This document shows, piece by piece, positions 1-8,823 of a DNA stretch of 64,000 nt. The number at the start of each line of letters is the position of its first letter. Position 1 is the stretch's first letter. The stretch comes from an uncultured bacterium (GTDB lineage Bacteria; Planctomycetota; UBA1135; GCA-002686595): assembly GCA_943787795.1 (NCBI GenBank), contig CALSNU010000006.1, forward strand, positions 192,001 through 256,000. The letters are read 5' to 3'. The notes under the pieces were generated by a model. The model was not told the DNA's origin and did not search any database. It worked only from the letters and a program-made list of their open reading frames with translations. Made by a program: the position numbers and the translations under genes.

Positions 1-769
1 GGCGCGCGATGTCGGGCCAGGGCCCCTGTGGCGAGCTCACGTCTGCGACCGCCACGATCGTCGAGCTTGAGGAGTCGCTCGTGACGTTCCAGATCCGGGG
101 CTGATTCTCGAAGCTATGCGCTAGGAAGCTGACCGACTTGTAGTAGGTCTGCCAGTAGGGGGCTGGGACCATTCGAACGACCGTGTCCTCGGAGGTGAGT
201 CCGATCGTCGCCGAAAGGGTAGCGGGGATCTCCCGCGCCTCGTCTGCTGCGGTTGTGAGCGAGTAGATGTACTCCTGGGGCCGGACCTGCAGGTAGATGT
301 TCGATCGAATGACCTCGTCTTCGAGCCGTTCGTCCGGATCGAAGGACTGGGAATAGTCGAATACGCCATCGTGCACCGCGAACTCGAAAGGGCCTCCGTG
401 CGTGTGAGGTCCGGGGATCGTCTGCCGAACGAGAGTCGCGTGCTCTCCCGCTCGCTCGCGGAGGATCGCGTCGATCTTCGAACTGCTCGGCGGGTTGCCG
501 CTGTAGAGCTTCGACCTGGACTCCACCAGGGCTTCGAACAAGTAGTCCTCGAGTCCGTTCGCGACGGCGGGCTGCATCTCGTGGAAGTACGCGGAGTACT
601 CCATCGAGTAGCGTCCGATCGGATAGCCCTCGGTCGAGCGCCGCAGTTGCTGCGCTACGAAGACCGAATCGAGTGGCTGCGCGGCCGCGGTGGGCTCGCC
701 TGCGGTCTGTACTCCGGCGGTCCCAACCGCCAAGAGCGCCAACTGTGCAATGCACGAAAACGAAGCCAT
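1..769 (-). CDS. Hypothetical secreted protein, 3'-truncated by the window edge (absent from the ORF track)
   Basis: Manual translation from ATG 769: MASFSCIAQLALLAVGTAGVQTA-GEPTAAAQPLDSVFVAQQLRR...GPWPDIAR, open to position 1. Hydrophobic signal-like N-terminus; same strand as, and just downstream of, 916..2259. Confidence 0.7.
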   Translation of the reverse strand, partial: MASFSCIAQLALLAVGTAGVQTAGEPTAAAQPLDSVFVAQQLRRSTEGYPIGRYSMEYSAYFHEMQPAVANGLEDYLFEALVESRSKLYSGNPPSSSKIDAILRERAGEHATLVRQTIPGPHTHGGPFEFAVHDGVFDYSQSFDPDERLEDEVIRSNIYLQVRPQEYIYSLTTAADEAREIPATLSATIGLTSEDTVVRMVPAPYWQTYYKSVSFLAHSFENQPRIWNVTSDSSSSTIVAVADVSSPQGPWPDIAR

Positions 770-794
770 ATTATGCTCACTAGAGGTCAGTCGT

Positions 795-868
795 GCCGAG
801 TCGCCAACCCAGAAATTGGGAAGGGCTCCGGAGAAGCCCTTCCCGCGGGTCATTCGCGACGACTCGGC
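795..868 (-). terminator. Nested hairpin between the two left-edge genes (terminator or mRNA stabiliser)
   Basis: Perfect 10-bp stem gggaagggct(818-827)/agcccttccc(835-844) inside an outer 9-bp stem gccgagtcg(795-803)/cgactcggc(860-868); only a weak U-tail. Confidence 0.45.
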
Positions 869-915
869 GGGCGCCGGTTCAATCAAGTTTGACTGCGCCG
901 GGCGTCAGTACGCGG

Positions 916-2259
916 CTAGATCGGGTCGCAGTCAGGAACAAGCGCGTTGCCCGGCGCCGGTGAGGCTGCAAGGCTGAAGCAGCACTGGTGTCCCATCGGC
1001 GCCAGATGGGGGTCCATCGTAGCCGGGAAGAGAGCGCCGAATATGCCGCCGAGGAGCCCGCCGTGCTGCGGTGTGCACGGTTGGACCCACACGGTGACGA
1101 TGAAGCCCGCATTCGGCATGAGCCTCGCCACCACTGCGCAGTTCCCGAATCCGGAGCACGAATAGCGGTCGTATCCATGTCGGTGCTCGCCATTCGTGTC
1201 GCGATTCCGAACACAGGGTGCAGCGATTGTCGTCTTCACGCACTTGCCACAGCCCCTGCGATCGAAGTCCGCTGGAACCCCGGGGATCGTCGTGGTGTTG
1301 TTGCACTTGTCGTAGAACCCCTTGGTCGGTTCCGGGTCGAACTCGGGGGAAGCAGGGCCGTTGACACCGAGAACGTCGTTCGGAAGGTCCAACGTCTCTG
1401 CGACCTTGAAGGTCGATGCAATCCCGCCAGGGAACAAAGCGGTACTCGCTTTGACCGTGAAGGAGGTTGCGCCACCGCCCCAAGCGGTGTTGGCATAGGC
1501 GTTGAACGACCCAGTCACGACCACCGCGTGTTCACCGTTGGCGATGGTGACCGACGCCGGTAGATCGAGAGAATCCAGGATCGATGCCGGTCCCGAATAT
1601 TTAAGGGTGACGACTTCGTTGCCGACCTCGTTATCCCTAGTGACCACAAACTGCAGCGAGTCAGTCGTCCGAATGCCGTCGATCCAGGACTCGTGGGGGG
1701 GGACGATGGAGTAGCCCGGAAGTGAAGTCTGAATCGAATAGACTTCGTGATCGTCATGCCCGGTCACCGACGTATTAGTGACTGTCATCGATCCAACTGC
1801 ACCGACGTAAACGTGGAAGTCCTGAGTGTTGATCAGGATCGGATTGAGCATCATGCCCGAGTGCATGGGCACATGCGCCACAAACACCGTTGAGGTCGGA
1901 TTCGAGCTGGCCACTCGAAGGTCCGCGCGCGGAACCTCGAAGTATCGAGCGCTCCCTTCTTGATACCAGTCCACCCCATTATAGTCGAGCGCGACGGCGA
2001 CCTTGGGGGCCGTTCCTGTATCGGCGACGAAGCCGATCTCGATGTAGCCATGACTCACCGCAGAGTCGATGTTCGTGGTCCCCGAGGGATTGAGTACTTG
2101 GCCTACGCCCGTCCCGGGGGTCCAGGCAGCGCGGCTGACAGTCATTGAGCCGCCTTGGCAGGCAGGCACCGTGGCAGACGCGTTCGTTGCGAAAAACGAG
2201 CAGAGGATTGGGAGGGCGGCAACGGGCAAGAGTGCTCGCCCGAACTTAGAATGCTTCAC
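916..2259 (-). CDS. Secreted hypothetical protein with a Calx-beta/Ig-like segment and a Cys-rich C-terminus
   Basis: 447 aa, GTG start, signal peptide ending ...ATNASA; beta-rich middle (VTRD...LPASVTIANGE); 10 Cys in the last ~130 aa. Confidence 0.75.
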   Translation of the reverse strand: MKHSKFGRALLPVAALPILCSFFATNASATVPACQGGSMTVSRAAWTPGTGVGQVLNPSGTTNIDSAVSHGYIEIGFVADTGTAPKVAVALDYNGVDWYQEGSARYFEVPRADLRVASSNPTSTVFVAHVPMHSGMMLNPILINTQDFHVYVGAVGSMTVTNTSVTGHDDHEVYSIQTSLPGYSIVPPHESWIDGIRTTDSLQFVVTRDNEVGNEVVTLKYSGPASILDSLDLPASVTIANGEHAVVVTGSFNAYANTAWGGGATSFTVKASTALFPGGIASTFKVAETLDLPNDVLGVNGPASPEFDPEPTKGFYDKCNNTTTIPGVPADFDRRGCGKCVKTTIAAPCVRNRDTNGEHRHGYDRYSCSGFGNCAVVARLMPNAGFIVTVWVQPCTPQHGGLLGGIFGALFPATMDPHLAPMGHQCCFSLAASPAPGNALVPDCDPI

Positions 2260-2642
2260 GAAATTGAGTGGCTAGAGGGTAACGAGTAGCGCTCGTCGAT
2301 CACATACCACAGCCTACGTCTCTCAACTCCGCCTTGAGAGGACGGCTACTCCAGCCCTCAGAGGCGTGCGAGCTACAGGGGCCGAGGTGGATAAGCGATC
2401 CAAGCTGCCACTTGGCGGAGCAGCGGGTCGTGGGGGTGATTGAAGGGGAACAGAAGGGAGGGGCGAGGACCGCCCCGGCCGAGGGCCCGGCCCAGGGAGG
2501 GGCCGCTGAAGCGCTCTATGATCAAGGGTAGGGGAGAATAGCTAGCCTCGCAACGGGTGATGCGGGAAAAGTCCCCACCCTGGGCCTCGCCGCTGGGCTA
2601 TCGCTGACCCGCTGCCGCTCCGCCCCGCCGAGCCATGGCCCC

Positions 2643-4683
2643 TCACTCTCTCTTCCAGGCGGTCATGTGGCCCTCGATCTCGTCCAGGACCCAGGGCGTC
2701 TGGACCACGACCAGCTGGAGCTCCGCCGTCATGCGGATCGAGAAGGCGGGGTCCTGGTCCCAGGTGTCTCTGGCCACGTGCTGGCTGAGGTAGGCCTGGG
2801 CGAGGGACGGGCTCCGGGTCGGCGCCCCGGGCGTGGGGGCCAGCGCGGCGAGCTCCGGGTAGGCCGCCAGGGTGGCGGGATCGAACTCGCCGCCGTCCAG
2901 CGTCTCCCGGAGGTCCATCCAGAGCACCTCCTTCGCGGACGGCTCCACCTCCTCCTCGGCGAGGACGCAGACGCAGCCGCCGAGGACCTCGAAGGTGAGG
3001 CCGGCGCTCGGCCCGGGGCGGCTCAGCAGGTCACGGGCGCCGGCCGTCCAGAGCACGCCGACTCCCCGCTCCTTCCCCGCGGCGGTCAACCTCGCGGTCA
3101 GCGCGCCGGTGTCCATCCGTGCCAGTGCGCGGACCCCGCCCAGGGCGCGCACGAGGGACGCGGCGCGCCGATCTGGTCCGGAGGAGGCGCTCCTCGAGGT
3201 GCCGCCGGGTACGCCCGCGCCGGGCAGCGGGAGGCGGAAGGCCCGAAGTCGGTCGAGGAGCGCCTGGGCACGCAGCTGGGCGCGGGGCAGGTGCCGGACG
3301 AGCAGCGCGTCCGGCTCCGCGGTCACCCGGTCGCCCTGGTCCCAGCGGTGGAGGTCCCCGAGGGCGTCGCCAAGCTCGTGGACAAGCCCGTCGGTGCCGC
3401 TGCGTGCCGTGCGATACAGCGGAGGGGGAACGGCGCCATCCTCGAAGTAGGGGACCGGGTCGAGGCGGAGGTCCTCGAGCCGGTACTCGAAGTCGACGGC
3501 GTGCTCCATGAGCTCCCCGAGGTCCGCCACCTGGACGGCGCCGTCCGCCACCTCCCACCGGGGGCGGCCCTCGGCGAGGCCGAGGGTCAGGGCGAGCCAC
3601 CGGGCGAAGCTGACCTTGGTCGGTCGAACCAGCCACCGTGGGTCGGACGGCGTGGTCGCGCGGGCGGCGCCTTTCGCGACCACGATCGGCACCGCCGCGG
3701 CGCTGGACAGGCGGGTGAGCGTCGTGCCCAGGGGCTCCCCGGGGGTCCAGGTGGGCGGTTCGACCCCGAGCGACTCGACTCGCGTCCGCAGAGCCCGCTC
3801 GGCTTCGGGCTCGTCGATCACGTAGCGGGGGATCCCCGCGCGGGCCTCCCGCACGGCGGTCCAGTACGGGTGCTCCTCGGCGAGCAGGGCGACGCGCTCC
3901 TCCGGCTGCTCCGCTGGCGCGAGGAGGCCGCGGGCCCCCATGGGGCCGAGGCCGGCGAGGGCCACCGGCCCCCGGGCGTGCCCCGAGGGCACGGCCGCGT
4001 GCGCGCCTCGATCCGCTGGACGGCCCAGGTCGGCCCACGGAGAGGGGAGCCAGCCGAGGAGGAGGCCGGCGGCCAGGGCGCCCGCGACCGCGAGGGCCGC
4101 GCCGATCCCCTGGACGGAAGCGAGGGGCAGCGCCGGGGTGGCCGCGGCCAGGGCGGAGAGCCGCCCGCGGCTCTCATCGTCCGCGCAGAGCCGGCGCTGC
4201 AGCTCCTGGTGGGCGCGATGGAGGCGCGTTCGAACGGTGCCCGGGACGACCCCGTCCACCTGCGCGATCTCGGGGACGCTCATCCCCTGGTCGTAGCGGC
4301 GCACCACCGTGCTCCGATAGGGCTCCTTCAGGCCCAGCACGGCCCGAACCACCTCGTGGCGAAGCTCCAGATCGCTAAAGGGCTGGCACTCGTCCCTCGC
4401 CCCGCTCTGCTCGTGGAAGCGGCGGCGCCGGGCCGCCCGGTCGCGGTTTCGGCTCACGCCCCGGACCGCCGCCTGCAGCCAGGGACGCAGGCCCCGCCCC
4501 TCACGGTCCCGAGAGGGGGGGCGGCCCGCCGGACGGGGCCCTCTCGAGTGCGCGGACCCAGACGTCCTGCGCCACGTCATCCGCCTCCGCGGGGTGCCGG
4601 GTCAATCGCAGGGCCAGCCGGCGGACGAAGTCCTGCTGCTGGATGAGGGCCTCGTGAAGGTCATTGGCGGTTCGCTGATGCAT
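2643..4683 (-). pseudogene. ECF sigma factor with TM helix and long C-terminal extension, interrupted by a +1 frameshift (pseudogene, phase-variable gene or sequencing error)
   Basis: Region 2 (MHQRTANDLHEAL...VRRLALRLTRHPAEADDVAQDVWVRAL) is in ORF 4501..4773 from ATG 4683, with GGAG upstream. The rest of region 2 (RPWLQAAVR), region 4 (LKEPYRSTVVRRY...SVPEIA...GTVRTRLHRA) and the TM helix are in ORF 2643..4580. Removing one base from the G7/C7 run at 4515-4521 joins the two frames. Confidence 0.85.
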
Positions 4684-4889
4684 GGTCGTCTCTCCTACCC
4701 TGATCCCTCCGGCGGGTTTGCGAACGTTCCCGAGACGACCTTCTTTTCTCGGAGGCATCGCCGCGCGCCCCACTCGGCGGCCCGAAGGAGAAGCCTGAAT
4801 TGGCTATGGGATCCGGCAGTGGCTCGCCACCCCTCTTCCATGCGAGCGGGGCCCACCGCCGGAGCTCCGAGGAGCCCCGGCCGCGACCG

Positions 4890-7874
4890 TCATTGGAACG
4901 TCACCGCCACCGCGTCCGTGAAGTTGGATGTGGTCTGCCCGCCGACGGCGTCCCGGTACCAGAGCTGGTAGTTCCAGGTCTCGCCGGGTTGGACGGTGAC
5001 GAGGCCGGTGGGGGTGGGGTGGGTGTTGAGGTTGATGTCGAGGAGGATGCCGCCCGCGGCGCCGGAGCTCTTGATTTGCCCCGGGCCAACGAAGCGCCCC
5101 ACGCTGCCGGAGAGGCAGAGGGTTCCCTGGCTGTTGGGGACGTTGGGGGTGAAGCCCGAGGTCTGCGAGGTGATGAAGAAGCCGAAGGAGCTGGCGGGCA
5201 GGGCTCGGGCCGTGAGCGCGACGTTGTTGAGAGAGCTGGCCCCGTCACCGATCACGGTCAGCTCACCGGGGAGGCCCGTGGAGTTGGTCACCGCAGGGCT
5301 GCAGTAGGTGGACCCGATGGACTCGCAGGCGTCGAAGGTCCCGTTCCCGTTGAGGTCGAAGGTCGGGTCGCCGGCCAGCTGGCAGAGGTCAGGGACGCCG
5401 TCCCGGTCGCAGTCCGTCACCGTGCCGCTCGTGATGTCGCAGCCATCCGGGATGCCGTTAGCGTTGCAGTCCTCGGCCTGCGGGATGAAGAGCTGGTTGC
5501 GGTAGGTGAGCACCTGATCACCGGTCCAGACCGCGACGGCGAGGTCCGGGACTCCATCCGCATCGAGCCGGGCGGCGCAGACGAAGCTCGCGCGGTTCAG
5601 GCCGGCACCCACGGTGACCTTGGGGCCGAAGCTCGCCGCTCCGAGGTTCTCGAACCACGCCACCTCGCCTGCCGGGGTGGAGCCGAGTCCGTAGGCGGAG
5701 GCCGCGAGGTCCAGGTCGCCGTCGAGGTCCAGGTCCGACACCGTGAGGCTCGAGGCCCGCGGCAAGTCTGTCGAGACGATCTCAGCGGGGCCGAAGGTGA
5801 GGCTGCCCTGATTGGCGACGAAGCCGAGTGAGCCATCTGCGACGGAGGTGAAGGCGATGTCCAGCTGCCCATCACCGTCGAGGTCCGAGGCGCGGACGAA
5901 GCTGGGCTGGTTCACGGAGGCGACGAGGTGCTCCACCCAGCCAGCGCCGAGGCCCAGGTTCTCGAAGACGCGAACGGCATTGTCGTCGCGCGATGCAGCA
6001 AGCACGTCGAAGTCCCCGTCGCCGTCCACGTCGGCGGCGTCGACGCAGAGCACATGGTCCGCCGAGCTGGTGATGGTCTGCCGAACGCCGAAGGAGCCGC
6101 CTCCCAGGTTCGGGTACCACGCCACCGTGTCGTCGTTGAGTGAGCCTGCGATGACGTCCACGCTTCCATCTCCGTCGATGTCCGCATGTCGGACCGTGCG
6201 GGCGCCATCCAGGGCGGTATCCAGGGGCAGGCCGGGGCCGAATGACCCTCCAAGGTTCAGGTAGAGGCTGATCGTGTCGGCCGCGGACTCCGCGGTGACG
6301 AGATCCTCGTCCCCATCCCCATCGGCGTCGAACAGGGTCACCGAGAAGACCCCCGGCGCCTGGCTGGTGATCAGGGTCTCGCCTCCAAACTGGCCGGTGC
6401 CGTCGTTCGCGAACCAGTAGACGCTGCTTCCACTTCGTCCGGCGACGACGAGGTCCAGGTCACCGTCGAGATCGACATCAGCTTCTTCGACCGCCCAAGG
6501 TGCGCCAAGCGGCCCGGCGTTGATCTGCGCGGCGCTGCCGAAGCTCGATATGCCGGCGAGCTCGCAGCTGTCTGGCGTTCCGTTCCCGTTGCAGTCGGCT
6601 GCAAATCCGCTCGTGATGTCGCACTCATCGGGCAGGCTGTTGCCGTTGCAATCGAAGCTGGTGCCGTTGGCGATGTCGACGCTGTCCGCAACGCCGTTGC
6701 CGTTGCAGTCCAGGAGGAGATTCTCGTACCACGCGAGCCTGTCGTCGATGACGCTCGTCGACAGCACGTCTGCGTCCCCGTCCCCGTCCAGATCCGTGGC
6801 GAAGACCGTCACGGCCCCGGTCGCCACCGTCGTGATCACCTGCTGGGCGCCAAACACGCCTCCGCCCTGGTTCTCGTACCACGCGACCTTGTCGTCGTCG
6901 CGACTCGCCGACAGCACGTCCGCGTCCCCGTCCCCGTCCAGATCAGTGGCGTACACCGACCAGGCAGCGTCCGCGCCCTGGGTGATCACCTGCTGGGCGC
7001 CGAACACGCCCCCGCCCTGGTTCTCGTACCACGCAATCTTGTCGTCGCCAAAGCTCGCAGACAGCACGTCCGTGTCCCCGTCCCCGTCCAGGTCCGTGGC
7101 GTAGACCGAGATCGCACGGTCCGCGTCCGTCGTGATCACCCGCTCGGCGCCGAACACGCCTCCGCCCTGGTTCTCGTACCACGCGATCTTGTCGTCGTCG
7201 CGACTCGCAGACAGCACGTCGGCGTCCCCGTCCCCGTCAAGGTCGGTCGCGTAGACGGACTGGGCCGCGTCCGCGACCGTGGTGATCACCTGCTGGGGCC
7301 CGAAGGCGCCTCCGCCGAGGTTCTCGTACCACGCAATCTCGTCGTCGAAGCCGCTCGCGGACAGCGCGTCCGCGTCCCCGTCCCCGTCCAGATCGGCGGC
7401 GTAGACCGAGAGGGCAAAGTTCGCGCTCGTGGTGATCACCCGCTGGGGACCGAAGGCGCCCCCGCCCAGGTTCTCGTACCACGCGATCTTGTTGCTGGCG
7501 AAGCCCGCAAACAGGACATCCGCGTCTCCGTCCCCGTCCAGGTCGGTGGCGTAGACCGAGGTGGCGCCGCTGGAACTCTGCGTGAGCACCTGCTGGGGAC
7601 CAAAGGCGCCTCCGCCCAGGTTCTCGTGCCACGCGATCTTGCCGTCCAGGTAGCTCGCGGAGAGCACGTCCGCATCCCCGTCCCCGTCCAGGTCGGTGGC
7701 GTAGACCGAGAGGGGATCGTCTGCGCTCGTCGTGATGATCTGCTGTGGACCAAACGACTGGGGCGTCGAGACCGAGGCCAAGGCCACGGCGCCGATGCCG
7801 GACAGCGCGGCCTTCAACAGGCTCGGAGATCCCAGGCCGGGTGGAGAATCGGGGGACGGGTACACAAACGCCAT
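4890..7874 (-). CDS. Secreted FG-GAP/VCBS repeat protein: two 7-bladed propellers, Ca-binding DCNxNG repeats and the shared C-terminal domain
   Basis: 14 DxDGDGDxD...W[YF]EN repeats in two sets of 7; DCNGNG/DCDRDG thrombospondin-3-like linkers; hydrophobic N-terminus. Start is uncertain (ATG 7874 chosen). Confidence 0.9.
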   Translation of the reverse strand: MAFVYPSPDSPPGLGSPSLLKAALSGIGAVALASVSTPQSFGPQQIITTSADDPLSVYATDLDGDGDADVLSASYLDGKIAWHENLGGGAFGPQQVLTQSSSGATSVYATDLDGDGDADVLFAGFASNKIAWYENLGGGAFGPQRVITTSANFALSVYAADLDGDGDADALSASGFDDEIAWYENLGGGAFGPQQVITTVADAAQSVYATDLDGDGDADVLSASRDDDKIAWYENQGGGVFGAERVITTDADRAISVYATDLDGDGDTDVLSASFGDDKIAWYENQGGGVFGAQQVITQGADAAWSVYATDLDGDGDADVLSASRDDDKVAWYENQGGGVFGAQQVITTVATGAVTVFATDLDGDGDADVLSTSVIDDRLAWYENLLLDCNGNGVADSVDIANGTSFDCNGNSLPDECDITSGFAADCNGNGTPDSCELAGISSFGSAAQINAGPLGAPWAVEEADVDLDGDLDLVVAGRSGSSVYWFANDGTGQFGGETLITSQAPGVFSVTLFDADGDGDEDLVTAESAADTISLYLNLGGSFGPGLPLDTALDGARTVRHADIDGDGSVDVIAGSLNDDTVAWYPNLGGGSFGVRQTITSSADHVLCVDAADVDGDGDFDVLAASRDDNAVRVFENLGLGAGWVEHLVASVNQPSFVRASDLDGDGQLDIAFTSVADGSLGFVANQGSLTFGPAEIVSTDLPRASSLTVSDLDLDGDLDLAASAYGLGSTPAGEVAWFENLGAASFGPKVTVGAGLNRASFVCAARLDADGVPDLAVAVWTGDQVLTYRNQLFIPQAEDCNANGIPDGCDITSGTVTDCDRDGVPDLCQLAGDPTFDLNGNGTFDACESIGSTYCSPAVTNSTGLPGELTVIGDGASSLNNVALTARALPASSFGFFITSQTSGFTPNVPNSQGTLCLSGSVGRFVGPGQIKSSGAAGGILLDINLNTHPTPTGLVTVQPGETWNYQLWYRDAVGGQTTSNFTDAVAVTFQ
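6721..7754 (-). repeat. Seven near-identical 150-bp coding tandem repeats (FG-GAP blades)
   Basis: ttctcgt(a/g)ccacgc recurs at 6721, 6871, 7021, 7171, 7321, 7471 and 7621. Confidence 0.95.
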
Positions 7875-8823
7875 ACTTTGAGCGTAGCACCGGGCCCTGC
7901 TCCAGCGGCGAGAGGGGCGAGTTCTGGGCCATCCAGTACGCACGAGCCAGGCCCAAGCCCCATGGAGCGCCTTGGTTCAGCCCTACCGTCGAGCCCAGAC
8001 TCCGTTTCGGGACAGTCCCCCCCCCGTCGCGCTTCGCTCAAGGCCGCTGGCGCCCTCCGGCGATCGCTGCTCCATGCTGGATCGATGCGAATCGCACACC
8101 GCTGGCAACGACCAACGGATGCGGTAGCCATCCCGCTGGAGGGTTCCCCGACCCGCCGGGGGAAGGCGGCGCCGTCCATCGGCGCCGCTCTCTCGAGCCC
8201 AGAGGTCTCGGCACGAAGATGGCGATCTTCCGGCTCAACGGGGCCAGCTACCGGCTCAATGGAGCCAGAGCGCGAGGCGACCGGATAGAGCCACCGGCCT
8301 GATGAGAAGGCCCCGACTTGGAGGGCTCAGGTCAGGCTACGGTGAACCGATTCACCGGCTTGACGGCTCGAGCTGCGATCCAGGAGGCCTCAGCCCTCCT
8401 GCACTCGGGAGGAGCCCTTGGGAGAGGAGCTCCGAAAAGACTCGGACGTCCCTCGAGCAGTCGGCTGATAGGAACAGGCAAGATCGGCAAGGCTGCCCCT
8501 GACGCTTTCGGTGATCATGGGCCAGGCCACGAGCAGGCGTTGAAGGTCCTGATCAAGGTGGGTGGCTGCATCGGAAGGCAGACGGCCACCGGCACCATCC
8601 GCCCCCAAGGCCCGGAGGATGGCGGAAGTGCCGATGCCGGAGCTCTGCTTTCCGCTGGGGCGCCCAGCTTGCCCAGGCGACGGGCCAGACTCCCATTGAC
8701 CCAGGCCCAACCTGCTGCCGGCCCGCTTACCCACCCCGCGGGGCTGAGTGCACCGTCCTTCGGCCTGGTCGGGTCAAGGCGAGCCGCCGCCTCGAAACAT
8801 CCCGGCGCGGCTCGGGGGACACC

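Noticed and set aside
114..755. Track ORF 114..755 (-), 213 aa
   Set aside because: Arg-rich off-frame shadow. The plausible gene is the frame from ATG 769 that runs off the edge.
2667..4646. 659-aa + strand ORF
   Set aside because: Antisense shadow of the ECF gene, typical of high-GC DNA.
8143..8166. gttccccg...cggggg hairpin resembling a type I-E CRISPR repeat
   Set aside because: Single copy, no spacers and no cas genes.
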